This document shows positions 19,063 through 29,081 of a stretch of DNA of 64,000 bases, piece after piece. The stretch lies in IMG/VR virus record IMGVR_UViG_3300032240_003128, one strand, 5' to 3'. Source of the stretch: a virus. The notes beneath the pieces were generated by a model that was given only the letters and a program-made list of their open reading frames with translations, had not been told where the DNA came from and did not search any database. Position numbers and translations under genes: made by a program. The number at the start of each line of letters is the position of its first letter. Within the stretch, counting starts at the first letter, position 1.

Positions 19063-19428
19063 GTGAAGACTTTTATCCAATATATAACTGAAGAAAGAAA
19101 AAATTCAGACTTCATGACAAGTCTGAAACTTTTTAATATTGACCCTAAAAATGCAGAACGAGCTATTGAAAAATCGCCATCTGTTTTTGCACAGGCTCTT
19201 TATGGCGATGACGAAGTAGGAGCATCTGCCTTTGATGTAAAAAAAATCGGCAAGAATTACATGATGAAAAACAGAAATGTTTTTGGTAATTTGACTTACA
19301 AAGATCACATCCCATCAAAACTACAAATGAAAACAATAGTAACGCCTACCTTCGTTGATTATCTTAAAACACAAGGTTTAGCAGGATCTGAAAAATACAA
19401 TGATTTTCTAAAAGGTAAAAAGGCATGA
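19063..19428 (+). CDS. virion internal protein candidate
   Basis: GTG start giving MKTFIQYITEE. Confidence 0.65.
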   Translation: MKTFIQYITEERKNSDFMTSLKLFNIDPKNAERAIEKSPSVFAQALYGDDEVGASAFDVKKIGKNYMMKNRNVFGNLTYKDHIPSKLQMKTIVTPTFVDYLKTQGLAGSEKYNDFLKGKKA

Positions 19429-19634
19429 AAGGCTTCAAGAAATGGCTCCAAATTGATGAAGTAGCTACTAGCACAGCAGATGTGGCTCATTTCTCATTGC
19501 CTATCGGTGCTGGTATGATTAGTAGAACATTTCCCCAGTTTTTTAGTGTCGGGCAGCATGGATTAGGTGGACCAGTTCAGCAATTAACTGATACAGATTA
19601 TGTTAAACCAAAAAGGAAAAAGAGGCGATCATGA
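19425..19634 (+). CDS. small virion internal protein candidate
   Basis: MKGFKKWLQIDE; basic tail; ATGA overlaps. Confidence 0.65.
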   Translation: MKGFKKWLQIDEVATSTADVAHFSLPIGAGMISRTFPQFFSVGQHGLGGPVQQLTDTDYVKPKRKKRRS

Positions 19635-20098
19635 TAACATTTTATGATTTTTTAGCTGAACAAGATGCACCATTACCACCGCTAGGACAACCACAGCAGC
19701 AACAAGGACAGCAGCAAGGTCAACCACAGCAGCAACAAGGTCAGCAGCAAGGTCAGCAACAAGGTCAACCACAGCAGCAGCAAGGACAGCAGCAAGGTCA
19801 ACCGCAGCAAGATAATATTCTTGTCCACAGAGGTATTCAATATGACAAGGCACAAGTAAAAAAATATATATTCCAAGTTTATGATGACTTATATCAAAAA
19901 GAAAATAAGCTTCAATTTTTTGTAATGGATATGTTTGAAAATGATCCAAAACGTAATGAAATTCAACAAAAAGTAGCAGCCGAACACATGAAAATTCATG
20001 ATATTATTGAAGATATTAAAGCGTATTATCAAAGTGTATTACAGCCAAACACACCAAAAGAAACGAGAAAGTGGCGTTTCGGAGATACTAAAAAATAA
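19631..20098 (+). CDS. Gln-rich virion internal protein candidate
   Basis: MITFYDFLAE; GQ(P)QQQ repeats. Confidence 0.7.
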   Translation: MITFYDFLAEQDAPLPPLGQPQQQQGQQQGQPQQQQGQQQGQQQGQPQQQQGQQQGQPQQDNILVHRGIQYDKAQVKKYIFQVYDDLYQKENKLQFFVMDMFENDPKRNEIQQKVAAEHMKIHDIIEDIKAYYQSVLQPNTPKETRKWRFGDTKK

Positions 20099-20115
20099 AA
20101 CAATTGGAGTTAATA

Positions 20116-20673
20116 ATGAGTACATTCACAGATTTTTTAAAAAATAAAAAAAAATTTGTTGTTCAAGAACAAGGCGTAATAGGAGGTCCATTAGTTGATG
20201 GAGCACTTGAAGGATTAGGCGTTAATGATAAAATGCGAGGTGTTGGTAAAGCTTTAGGACAAGGAGCCAAGGACACTATTGCAGGAGTTGGTAAAGCTTT
20301 AGGACAAGGAGCCAAGGACACTGCTGTAGGAGTTGGAAGAGCAGTGTTTGGTCAAAATCAAGATTTTACTCGTAATAATATGGCACAACTTGGTGTTGGC
20401 GAAGATACAAGAGAAGTTAGAAGGAAGTATTCAGAACTCCAGAATGCTCTTGCTAATTATTACAATGTTATTAAAAGCAGTCCTACTTTGAGAAAATCTA
20501 AACAAGGTCCAGCAATTGCCGAGCGTATTCAAAAAGTGTTGGAAGAAATTGAAGATGATTTAGAAACAACTTATAACATGTATCAACAATCAGAAAAAAG
20601 AATTCGACCACTTAATCCGATTAATGATCCAAATTTAGCAAATCCTCAAAGAGGATTTATTAGACCAGAGTGA
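20116..20673 (+). CDS. Gly-rich virion internal protein candidate
   Basis: MSTFTDFLK; GGAG SD; tandem 15-aa repeat. Confidence 0.7.
   Translation: MSTFTDFLKNKKKFVVQEQGVIGGPLVDGALEGLGVNDKMRGVGKALGQGAKDTIAGVGKALGQGAKDTAVGVGRAVFGQNQDFTRNNMAQLGVGEDTREVRRKYSELQNALANYYNVIKSSPTLRKSKQGPAIAERIQKVLEEIEDDLETTYNMYQQSEKRIRPLNPINDPNLANPQRGFIRPE
20239..20328 (+). repeat. 45-nt in-frame tandem duplication
   Basis: GVGKALGQGAKDT encoded twice by near-identical DNA. Confidence 0.9.
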
Positions 20674-20784
20674 AAATAATATGTTGCTGCATACATACTT
20701 ATGGAGGTTTCGATCTCCTTAATGTTAAAAATATAATAGAAATTCTTAATAAATATAATAGTTAGTCATATGACAGGTTTCTTG

Positions 20785-20814
20785 GCAGGGGTTCCTAAAA
20801 ACCCCTGCTTTTTT
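20785..20814 (+). terminator. intrinsic terminator
   Basis: GCAGGGGTT/AACCCCTGC stem plus T-run. Confidence 0.8.
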
Positions 20815-20868
20815 ATTTGTATTCATTCTTTTCTATGTTATAGTAATTAAATCTTAGAGGATGATACA

Positions 20869-21738
20869 GTGGACGCAATTGATTTAGTTTCAGTTAAAGA
20901 AATTCAATGTCTCGATAAAGGTTTTGTAAAATTGATTGACGTAATGCCAAGGATTGTTCCTGATGGGCAAACATGTGATTACGCAATAGCTCAAATGGCA
21001 AGGGTAAGTTATGGGCAAGGTACAAAATCTATTAACGAAGACAAGAGTCTTATTCGTTACCTTCTTCGTCACAGTCATACATCTCCATTTGAAGGAATCG
21101 ATTTCAAGCTACACCTGAAAATGCCTATTTTTATAGCTCGTCAAATTTTCAGACACAGGACTAGTAGCGTCAATGAGATTAGTGGTAGATATTCTGTTAT
21201 GAAAGACGAATTCTACATTCCTGATATTAACGATTTACGCAAACAATCAACAATTAATAAACAAGGTGGCGAGGAAATATTAGATAAAAATGTAGCACAA
21301 GAATTTGTTGATCAGATTGAATCGAATTGTAAAAATGCTTATTCTGCTTATTTACAAATGCTAGATGCAGGCATTGCTAGAGAACAAGCCAGAATGGTTT
21401 TGCCTCTTAATCTTTATACCGAATTTTACTGGAAACAGGACTTACATAATTTATTGCATCTTTTGTCACTTCGAGCAGATGCTCACGCTCAGAAGGAAAT
21501 TAGAGCGTATGCTGACGCTATTCTCAAGCTCCTTACACCTTTGGTTCCTTGGACGATAGAAGCTTGGAATGATTATCATCCAATGCGTGGAGCCATGAAA
21601 TTAACACGATTGGAAGTGAAATCTTTGTCTGAATCTTTAAAAGATAATATTGATAAATCTAAACTATCTGATATTGGTTCAGACAATAAACGTGAGCAAG
21701 CTGAATGGCAACATAAAATTGGTGACTTTTATGCATAA
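20869..21738 (+). CDS. thyX: flavin-dependent thymidylate synthase
   Basis: ARVSY, HTSPFE, RHRTSSVNEISGRY and HAQKEIR motifs. Confidence 0.95.
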   Translation: MDAIDLVSVKEIQCLDKGFVKLIDVMPRIVPDGQTCDYAIAQMARVSYGQGTKSINEDKSLIRYLLRHSHTSPFEGIDFKLHLKMPIFIARQIFRHRTSSVNEISGRYSVMKDEFYIPDINDLRKQSTINKQGGEEILDKNVAQEFVDQIESNCKNAYSAYLQMLDAGIAREQARMVLPLNLYTEFYWKQDLHNLLHLLSLRADAHAQKEIRAYADAILKLLTPLVPWTIEAWNDYHPMRGAMKLTRLEVKSLSESLKDNIDKSKLSDIGSDNKREQAEWQHKIGDFYA

Positions 21739-21766
21739 CTTCCACTAATTTAAAGTGGAGGTGTTT

Positions 21767-22195
21767 ATGAATTGTCATAGTTTTTGGAGATATGTATTTC
21801 TTTGTTTTCACCTACTTACTATTTTCGGCATTATGCTTGTACTAAGTGCAATGTCACCAAGTAGTTCTGGCGCAAGAATTGGTGAAATTGAATTAAAAGA
21901 TCAATTAGCCACAAAGACTTTGTATTCTGATAACGTAAATTGGATTCTTTCAACCAACCCAGAAATTACTATTATTGATAATCAAATAATAAGTGGCTAT
22001 AATGTTGTGTTTTATGAAGTGAAAGATACTAAGAATATCAAGCTTTCTGAACCAAAATTTTCCGCAAAAGAAGATGATAGAAATGATAATGTTTTGGTTA
22101 AGATGAGAGCTTTTTGCAAATCGATGGCGGAAAAAGTAAAAGGAAGAATGATTGTCACTAAGACATCTGTTATTGATTTAAAAATTTCAGAATAA
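21767..22195 (+). CDS. membrane-anchored hypothetical protein
   Basis: GGAGG SD; N-terminal hydrophobic helix. Confidence 0.6.
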   Translation: MNCHSFWRYVFLCFHLLTIFGIMLVLSAMSPSSSGARIGEIELKDQLATKTLYSDNVNWILSTNPEITIIDNQIISGYNVVFYEVKDTKNIKLSEPKFSAKEDDRNDNVLVKMRAFCKSMAEKVKGRMIVTKTSVIDLKISE

Positions 22196-22229
22196 TTACC
22201 TTCGACCGAAGGCTACTGTCTTACCTTGG

Positions 22230-22580
22230 TCAAGTAGGACAGTATGCTTTCGATCTAATTGATGATTTTTTATAATAAGTTGACTTTGCGGGATAGATAG
22301 GCTTATTAACTGTTGGTGTATTGTACAACTTGGGGGAAGATGGACTGGGAACGACTTGCTGAAGAGACTTTTCTTTTTCTGGTGGATTTTCTTTTAGTTC
22401 TTTTTTTTGTTGGTCTGCCTTTAATAACTCTTCTTTACTGTTTGCATCAAGTTCTTTAATCAATTCTCTGATTTTTGCTTTTTCAATTTCCTTTTTGTTT
22501 GGAAATTTTACAACTGGTAATTCTTCACCAAAGCAAATTTTGCTAAATACAAACAGTAAAGGAAGAATTAAATATCTCAC
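22230..22580 (-). CDS. signal-peptide-bearing hypothetical protein
   Basis: MRYLILPLLFVFS start. Confidence 0.6.
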   Translation of the reverse strand: MRYLILPLLFVFSKICFGEELPVVKFPNKKEIEKAKIRELIKELDANSKEELLKADQQKKELKENPPEKEKSLQQVVPSPSSPKLYNTPTVNKPIYPAKSTYYKKSSIRSKAYCPT

Positions 22581-23053
22581 AATTTGTCCTCGTCAACAGC
22601 TTTTGTAATTGCATCGATAATTGCTTCGATAATAAGAGGACCATATTTCTTGCCAATGTATGGAAGAATCTTTTCAATAAAAACCTTAATAAGATTAGAG
22701 CTCATTAGGTCAATGTTTTCATCTTTGACAAAATTATTGATATCTTCTCTGCTAAGAGCAGCCGCTCCTAGCGTTTCTTGATTTACGATTTCCATTAGAT
22801 TTGCTTGCATTTTGTTCTTAGACATCAAAGAAATAAAGAAGTCTAAAACAAATGGACCAAATAGTCTGAAACTTTCCAGAATGAATGCAAACGAAAATCC
22901 ATTCCTTAATCCTTCTGTGACAGTGCTAAGGACTTCAGGACCATACTTGTTTAAACAATCGGCAATGAACTCTGTAGAAGCGCCCATATTAAGGGCGCTT
23001 TCTTTCATTACCTCAACATCAGCCAACGAATATCTTGTTTCTGGTTCGCTCAT
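22577..23053 (-). CDS. amphipathic repeat protein (KYGP/LFGP repeats), possibly holin-like
   Basis: three xGP-centred amphipathic helices; AAGGAG SD. Confidence 0.5.
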   Translation of the reverse strand: MSEPETRYSLADVEVMKESALNMGASTEFIADCLNKYGPEVLSTVTEGLRNGFSFAFILESFRLFGPFVLDFFISLMSKNKMQANLMEIVNQETLGAAALSREDINNFVKDENIDLMSSNLIKVFIEKILPYIGKKYGPLIIEAIIDAITKAVDEDKL

Positions 23054-23063
23054 TTCAAGCTCC

Positions 23064-23870
23064 TTATACTTTAACAATAGGTACATCGTCTGTCTTATCT
23101 TGATCTAGATGATCTTCTATAACACCTTGGAACGCAAAACAATCAAGCTTGCTTCGGCTTTCAAAATGTTCTTTTCTAACATAGCAATAGCCACCTAATC
23201 CAAAGCTGGAACCCCAACTATTTTGGAGCTTTACCAACCAGCCATATTTGCTGTGTTGCTTTATTCCGCAGGCAAGCATTGAGTGTCCACCACCACCGCC
23301 ATTTGGAAGTGGAGCAATGCCTTCTGAATCGACTTTGGTAAAGTTAGATCCAACAAGGATGCCGATGTTTACAACAAAACCAAGGCTGATTGCTTGGCAA
23401 ACTTCTTCAAATGTGTTACATTGATAAGCATATCCTAGCTTAAATCTAGCAGCATTATCATAAGCAGCTTTGGTTAAACTGCTCTTGTAATAAACACGGT
23501 CATGTGGAAATGCGCTTGTTTCACAGATTCCATACTTTCTAAGCATGTTAAGGCTATCTGAAATATAAGCCCCACCATCTTGTCCACCATTAATCAAAGC
23601 ATAGTGGAAGAATGGATTAAAGTCTTTTTGAACATTTTGACGTTGTTTTTGTAAAATTTCCATACCAGCAGCAGATGCATGAGCTACGCAACTGCTAGTT
23701 GATTTTTGGTTTAAGATTCTATGCCCTTGCCAAGACATATCAATTTCTTTTAGAACAGCAGCATCAAAGCTCCTGAATGAATCTCCAAATTTTGGAGTAT
23801 CGTTTTCTGGGCTTGGGGTATGGGAAAGGATACGGTAATAGCCGTCGAAATATATTGATGGAAAACTCAT
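23064..23870 (-). CDS. papain-family (C1) cysteine peptidase
   Basis: QKSTSSCVAHA, GGHSML and QNSWG..FG..GY catalytic motifs. Confidence 0.9.
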   Translation of the reverse strand: MSFPSIYFDGYYRILSHTPSPENDTPKFGDSFRSFDAAVLKEIDMSWQGHRILNQKSTSSCVAHASAAGMEILQKQRQNVQKDFNPFFHYALINGGQDGGAYISDSLNMLRKYGICETSAFPHDRVYYKSSLTKAAYDNAARFKLGYAYQCNTFEEVCQAISLGFVVNIGILVGSNFTKVDSEGIAPLPNGGGGGHSMLACGIKQHSKYGWLVKLQNSWGSSFGLGGYCYVRKEHFESRSKLDCFAFQGVIEDHLDQDKTDDVPIVKV

Positions 23871-23871
23871 G

Positions 23872-24627
23872 TTATTCTCCCTTTGTAATTTTGTTTAAGA
23901 CTTTAACAACTTCTGCTTCTGTTTTTGGAATAGAACTGTAATAAAGAACAGTTCCATCAGTCTTTTGTACAACAAACAGGTTATTACTGTTTAACTTCTT
24001 AAGAAGTGTGTCCATCTTCTTTTGCTTAACTACTAAACTGTTAACATCATAAACCTTGTAAAAACTTTTTGTTTTCAGAATAATATCTCTAATGTCTTTG
24101 CTGTTTAAAACAGCTGCAATATCTGGTGTTGACTCGTTATAATCTGTCAAAAATGTAACATGCAAACCTTCTGGAACCTTTTCTATTACTACATCTGGAT
24201 CAACAGGATCGGTTGGGTCTGGTTTAACAGGATCTGGCTTTACACCTTTTACAGTAATGTCTGTTCTTGCAAAATCTGTTAGTTTTCCGTCCACAAGCGC
24301 AATAGCAAAAACATTAACACTTCCAGATTGAGGAACAGAAACTATAAGGCTATTTCCAGCATCATTGGAAACATATTTAACTTTGCTGTTGCCAACAACA
24401 AACCATTTAACTGTACCTTTAGACTTTGCTTGGACTACAAGAAACCCTTCACTGCTATCAACTGTGATTGGTTCAGGTAGCTCAAGTCCTTCTACTTTAT
24501 TTGTAATAGAATATACGGGCGATTGAGGAATTGGTGGTGGTTCAACTGCTACAAGTGAATTAGTTTCAGCAGAAAAACAAGTAAATGCTAAAGCAAATAG
24601 CAACAAAATGCTTGATAGAAGTTTCAT
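23872..24627 (-). CDS. exported protein with Pro-Asp linker
   Basis: signal peptide; KPDPVKPDPTDPVDPD linker. Confidence 0.7.
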   Translation of the reverse strand: MKLLSSILLLFALAFTCFSAETNSLVAVEPPPIPQSPVYSITNKVEGLELPEPITVDSSEGFLVVQAKSKGTVKWFVVGNSKVKYVSNDAGNSLIVSVPQSGSVNVFAIALVDGKLTDFARTDITVKGVKPDPVKPDPTDPVDPDVVIEKVPEGLHVTFLTDYNESTPDIAAVLNSKDIRDIILKTKSFYKVYDVNSLVVKQKKMDTLLKKLNSNNLFVVQKTDGTVLYYSSIPKTEAEVVKVLNKITKGE

Positions 24628-24654
24628 TTTATCTCCGTAGAATCGTGTCTATTT

Positions 24655-25980
24655 TTAGAATAGTTTGTTTTCTGTAATTAATAACCACTCAGAAAAAGTA
24701 ATATTTTTATTTTCTTGAAGTTTTGACAAAAGTTTACCACTTCCTTTACCTTTTTTATCACATAATTCTGGATTATTACTGCAAAATTCGTCTACAGATT
24801 TATTTATTTGCGATAAAGATAAAGCGATAATTTTCCAATTTTCACTACTTGTTCTTAATCTCCTATCAAAAGCCGGATAGTGGTTTTCAATAGGGTTGTA
24901 AATATTTGCCACACGTCTAAAATCTTCAATCGCATCATTTGTAAACGCATCATCTGCAAAATCGCATTGTCTTGACATGAAAGCTTCAATAATTTTGGTT
25001 AACAAAAGATTCCAATTTTCATTTCCTAAATAATTAATATTTTTTCTGTGTTTTTTAAATATTTTTTTCTGACCATTTTCCACTTCTGCATGTCTATAAA
25101 GTCTTTGTATAAGCTTAAATGCGTTAAAAATTGGCTTATTTGGTACATCTTCTCCATTATCTCTAAAGTATTGTTCTATGTTTAATATAAGTTTATTTAA
25201 ATTTTGCATAAATTTAAAATTGGTTATTCCGCCTAGAATTGGAATACTAGGTTCAGGAGGTGTTGAAGGAGGAGTATTGCTTGCAGCGACTTCTTCATCT
25301 GGAGGTGGTTTTGTGACAGAAGAAGGTGAGCCAAATTCTTTATCTGAGGCTGGTGCTGCAATAGATGAAACTACGCCTAGTCCTTGGATTTGATCTGGAG
25401 TCACATTAAATTTTTCTGCATCTAATCCATTTATTCTATTTGGAGCGACATTGAATCTTTCTGCACCTAAAGAGATATTTTTTCTACGTTCTTCAACTTC
25501 TTTAGCATGTTCTTCAGCAGCTTGTTTTTTGGCAGCATTTTCTTTAGCTTCTTCTTCAGCACGTTTTGATTTTTCTTTAGCATCTTTTTCAGCAATACGT
25601 TCTTCTTCGGTTTGTATTAGTTTTTCAAGTTTTATTATGTTTAGATTTATAGTCGGCTCTTTTTTTTGTTTGTCTCCTTTTCCTTTGTAAGATTCACTTA
25701 GTATTATTTTAAAATTATATTTTAAATTTCTGTAGATGCTCTCTGCTCTTGCTTTGTCTATAGGCAATAGTTTTCCTAAAATTTTGCTTTGATACTTTTC
25801 GCCTATCAACTTGTTAGCATATCTTTTAAAAGCTTGGTCAACTTTGAAAACAAAATTTTGTTCTTCTTCTTGCAAATTAACACTGCCAAACATATTCCTT
25901 ATGAATTTGGTAAAGTCTTCATTTATGTTTTCCAGTTTATGTTCTTTTTCTTTTAAGAAATTGCTAAAATTTTTGCTCAT
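24655..25980 (-). CDS. virion internal protein candidate
   Basis: MSKNFSNFLKE start; charged coiled coil; Pro-rich linker. Confidence 0.7.
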   Translation of the reverse strand: MSKNFSNFLKEKEHKLENINEDFTKFIRNMFGSVNLQEEEQNFVFKVDQAFKRYANKLIGEKYQSKILGKLLPIDKARAESIYRNLKYNFKIILSESYKGKGDKQKKEPTINLNIIKLEKLIQTEEERIAEKDAKEKSKRAEEEAKENAAKKQAAEEHAKEVEERRKNISLGAERFNVAPNRINGLDAEKFNVTPDQIQGLGVVSSIAAPASDKEFGSPSSVTKPPPDEEVAASNTPPSTPPEPSIPILGGITNFKFMQNLNKLILNIEQYFRDNGEDVPNKPIFNAFKLIQRLYRHAEVENGQKKIFKKHRKNINYLGNENWNLLLTKIIEAFMSRQCDFADDAFTNDAIEDFRRVANIYNPIENHYPAFDRRLRTSSENWKIIALSLSQINKSVDEFCSNNPELCDKKGKGSGKLLSKLQENKNITFSEWLLITENKLF

Positions 25981-25997
25981 TTGTATCCTTAAATAAA

Positions 25998-26402
25998 TCA
26001 AGTTAAATCGACATGTCTAGAAGTTCCTTTCCCCAAAATATCATATGCTTTTTTCATTATTTTAAAGTTGAGAGAATTGTTTAGTAAATTGTGTATATTG
26101 CCTGATAAGAATTTTCTTATATCTTTTTGTTGAGGTGGTGTAGCTCCAGTAGGCTTAACTCTTACTAAATTTTTAACAAAATTGTCAATAGCAATATTTA
26201 AACGCTTTTCCAATGCATCTTCGGCTTCATGCATGTCGGCAGTTCCTGCGCTAGTGCCAAGACCTCTTTTGGCACCAGCAATAAAACCGCCAACTCCTCT
26301 TAGGATGTCTTCAAGGGTTTCGTTATAATTACAATCTTCTATTTTAAATCCTTTTTGTTCTAGAAATTTATTAAATTTTTTTCTTCTAAAATTGAAACTC
26401 AT
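25998..26402 (-). CDS. virion internal protein candidate (paralogue array)
   Basis: FNKFLE...NE then Gly-rich helix. Confidence 0.65.
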   Translation of the reverse strand: MSFNFRRKKFNKFLEQKGFKIEDCNYNETLEDILRGVGGFIAGAKRGLGTSAGTADMHEAEDALEKRLNIAIDNFVKNLVRVKPTGATPPQQKDIRKFLSGNIHNLLNNSLNFKIMKKAYDILGKGTSRHVDLT

Positions 26403-26422
26403 GTTACACCTTTCATTTGATG

Positions 26423-26866
26423 TTATGCGATAAAATCAATTAACGCTGTATCTATTTTTTTCTTAAATTCTTCCATGTTTGTTTTTATTATTTTGTTTAA
26501 ATTTGTTGATAAATTAATAGAAAAGTTTTTAAAATGTGTTTCTAATTTATTTTTTAATAACTTTTCGGCTTCTTTAATTTTAGTGGTTAAAATTTCTTCA
26601 ACTTCACTTTCATCATCAGCATCAAGAAGAGATCTACTTAAAGCATCTACAGCAACATCTTTAGCTGCCGAAGCAGCAATACTAGCTCCAGTACCAATAC
26701 TTGGTAAATATTTACCAAGTGATTTAAAGGTATTTCCTGCCTTAAAGGTATTTCCTGCCATTGATGCGACTCTTGGAATTGCTCCTACTAATCCTGCATA
26801 TTCATTGATTTCAGAGTTTGCACTCTGAATTTTTCTATCTTTTATAAAATCGTAAAATGTTTTCAT
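26423..26866 (-). CDS. virion internal protein candidate (paralogue array)
   Basis: MKTFYDFIK...INE then Gly/Ala-rich segment. Confidence 0.65.
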   Translation of the reverse strand: MKTFYDFIKDRKIQSANSEINEYAGLVGAIPRVASMAGNTFKAGNTFKSLGKYLPSIGTGASIAASAAKDVAVDALSRSLLDADDESEVEEILTTKIKEAEKLLKNKLETHFKNFSINLSTNLNKIIKTNMEEFKKKIDTALIDFIA

Positions 26867-26878
26867 TTTTTTCCTTCA

Positions 26879-27175
26879 TCATGGGAAATATTCACGCACA
26901 GCATAATCGATCAATTTTCTTATGTTGGCATCAAAAGCATCTTTCATGTCATTTATTTGCATTTTGCTATAGCCAGCTTTGTTTAAGCTTGCTTCAAAAC
27001 TTTTCCATGCAGTGTTTATTTCCGTTATCAGGGTGTCTTTTGCCGCATCTTTGTTATCTGTGCCTGTAGCAGAACTGTAACCAGCCATGCCACCACTAAT
27101 TGCTCCACTGATACTTCTGTAAGGGTTCATAATAAAATCGAACATACCTTCATTCAACTTTTGTTTTTTATTCAT
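26879..27175 (-). CDS. virion internal protein candidate (paralogue array)
   Basis: KLNE-GMFDF; upstream ATAAATA. Confidence 0.65.
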   Translation of the reverse strand: MNKKQKLNEGMFDFIMNPYRSISGAISGGMAGYSSATGTDNKDAAKDTLITEINTAWKSFEASLNKAGYSKMQINDMKDAFDANIRKLIDYAVREYFP

Positions 27176-27207
27176 TTCGTACCCCTTTGCTTAACTATAT
27201 TTATTTC

Positions 27208-28578
27208 ATGGACACTTTTTTTTCTTGTTTTTTCGAAAAACTTTATAAATCAAATTTAAAAATCAACATTATTGGAGATGTGTTGATTGATGAATATTAT
27301 CAGGTAGATGTTGATAGAATTAGTCCAGAATTTCCCATTCCTGTTCATCGTTCTTTTGATGACAAGCCAAATAAAATTTTTTGCGGTGGTGCAGCAAATG
27401 TCGCAGCACAATTTAAAAATTTTAATGTAGATGTTAACCTTATATCTCTTATGAATCCGCAGGCAGAAAAAATTTGCAATTTAAATGGTATTAATACAAA
27501 TTATTCAATCATAGACTCTAAATTTGTCAATTCAAAGAAAAAAAGATTTTATAAGGATTCTCATCCATTGATCAGATGGGATGTAGAAAAACCACAATTA
27601 GGAATTTCTAATATTGATTATTATTTAAATGAAATAAAAATACCTGAAGCTGATATTAACATTTTTTCTGATTACGACAAAGGTTTGTTTTCAACAAATT
27701 GGCACAAGAAATATTTAAAACAAAGCAAATCACTTATTGATCCCAAGAAAAACCTTAATATTTGGGAAGGATGTTATTTGTTTAAACCTAATGCCGTTGA
27801 AGCAAAAAGATTTGTCAATAAGGAAAAAGTTGAAGATCAGTTGAGATGGCTTCAAGCTTTGCTAGGATGTAATAATGTTGTTATTACAAATGCAGGGGAA
27901 TGTGTAGATGCAATCGATGATAATGAAAAAATATATCATGTAACACCTAGCAAGAAAGTAATAAAGCCCGAAAGTGTGATTGGTGCTGGAGATGCATACA
28001 TGGCTTTCTTAGCCATGTCTTTAGGTGTAGGTGTTGATCTATTAGAATCTTTAAATATTTCATTTGAAGCTGGCATTAATTATGTTGCTAATCGTTATAA
28101 TAAACCTTTAAATCCATCAGATTTTTTCGTTGAAGACAAAGTGATTAACAATCCTGCTGTATTGAGAAATAGGGATTTTAGCCTAGTGTGGACTAATGGC
28201 TGCATGGATCTTACACATTACGGACACATATCATCTTTAAAACAAGCAAAATCTTTTGGTGACAAACTTTGTGTTGGTGTTAATTCAGATGAGAGTATAG
28301 CTAAATTGAAGGGTGAAAAAAGACCAATCATACCTTTGTCTCAAAGAATTGAAATGTTAAAAGCAATAAAATATGTAGATTTTATTTTTGTTTTAGAAGA
28401 AGATTTTCCTCAAAGTGTCATTGAATTAATTAAACCAAATGTTTTGGTTAAGGGTGAGGATTGGCGAGGTAAAAAAATTGCCGGTGCCGATGTTGTTGAT
28501 AGAATTGAATTCATTCCTTTAGTTGAAGGTCTATCAACAACTAGCATTATAAATAAAATTATTCATGCTTATGGATAA
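27208..28578 (+). CDS. hldE: bifunctional ADP-heptose synthase (PfkB kinase plus nucleotidyltransferase)
   Basis: RISPEFPIPV, GGAANVA, SDYDKG, GAGD; TNGCMDLTHYGH, GVNSD and KG..RP. Confidence 0.9.
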   Translation: MDTFFSCFFEKLYKSNLKINIIGDVLIDEYYQVDVDRISPEFPIPVHRSFDDKPNKIFCGGAANVAAQFKNFNVDVNLISLMNPQAEKICNLNGINTNYSIIDSKFVNSKKKRFYKDSHPLIRWDVEKPQLGISNIDYYLNEIKIPEADINIFSDYDKGLFSTNWHKKYLKQSKSLIDPKKNLNIWEGCYLFKPNAVEAKRFVNKEKVEDQLRWLQALLGCNNVVITNAGECVDAIDDNEKIYHVTPSKKVIKPESVIGAGDAYMAFLAMSLGVGVDLLESLNISFEAGINYVANRYNKPLNPSDFFVEDKVINNPAVLRNRDFSLVWTNGCMDLTHYGHISSLKQAKSFGDKLCVGVNSDESIAKLKGEKRPIIPLSQRIEMLKAIKYVDFIFVLEEDFPQSVIELIKPNVLVKGEDWRGKKIAGADVVDRIEFIPLVEGLSTTSIINKIIHAYG

Positions 28579-28687
28579 GTTTTGATTTAACAAATGGACA
28601 GTAATGAAATTGTCCAATGATTGTTGAAGTAACACCAACCAAAAAACCCAAAATAAAAGCGACTGTCAACGTAATGAATGTTTTCAT
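28559..28687 (-). CDS. 42 aa single-TM peptide (absent from ORF track)
   Basis: GGAGG SD; MKTFITLTVAFILGFLVGVTSTII... Confidence 0.6.
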   Translation of the reverse strand: MKTFITLTVAFILGFLVGVTSTIIGQFHYCPFVKSKLIHKHE

Positions 28688-28715
28688 TTTTGAGCCCTCC
28701 TAAATAAATAGAGAT

Positions 28716-29081
28716 ATGTTATCATTTAAACAATTTTTAAATAATTTAGAAGAACAAGCTGCCACTACTCCAGCTACTGGTGTTACTCCTGCTGCAAGTA
28801 CAACTCCAGCTACATCTAATCCAACTGCTGCAACTGCTGCCACTACTAATGCATCTGCTAAAACACAGCAAGTACCTCCAGCGACCAGAAGCAAGCTTGA
28901 TGCTGCTGCTCAGAAGAACGCAGCTGCTATGCGGCTTTATCAGACAGGTAAAACAAAAGAAGCGGTTGACACATTGAGAAAAGATCCTAATTTTCAATTA
29001 GCAATGCAAGATTTAACCAAAACAAGTTCTCCAGCTAATGCTTCTCAGTTGGTAAATTTTGCTTTGGGTGGCAATTCATGA
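28716..29081 (+). CDS. Ala/Thr/Pro-rich virion internal protein candidate
   Basis: MLSFKQFLNNLEE; CTAAATAAATA 5 nt upstream. Confidence 0.7.
   Translation: MLSFKQFLNNLEEQAATTPATGVTPAASTTPATSNPTAATAATTNASAKTQQVPPATRSKLDAAAQKNAAAMRLYQTGKTKEAVDTLRKDPNFQLAMQDLTKTSSPANASQLVNFALGGNS

Noticed and set aside
19685-19810. CAG/CAA-rich repeat as a non-coding or contingency repeat
   Set aside because: In-frame Gln/Gly low-complexity linker with mixed synonymous codons
20700-20780. Small RNA with a UUCG hairpin before the terminator
   Set aside because: One short stem and AT-rich boxes only; too little support
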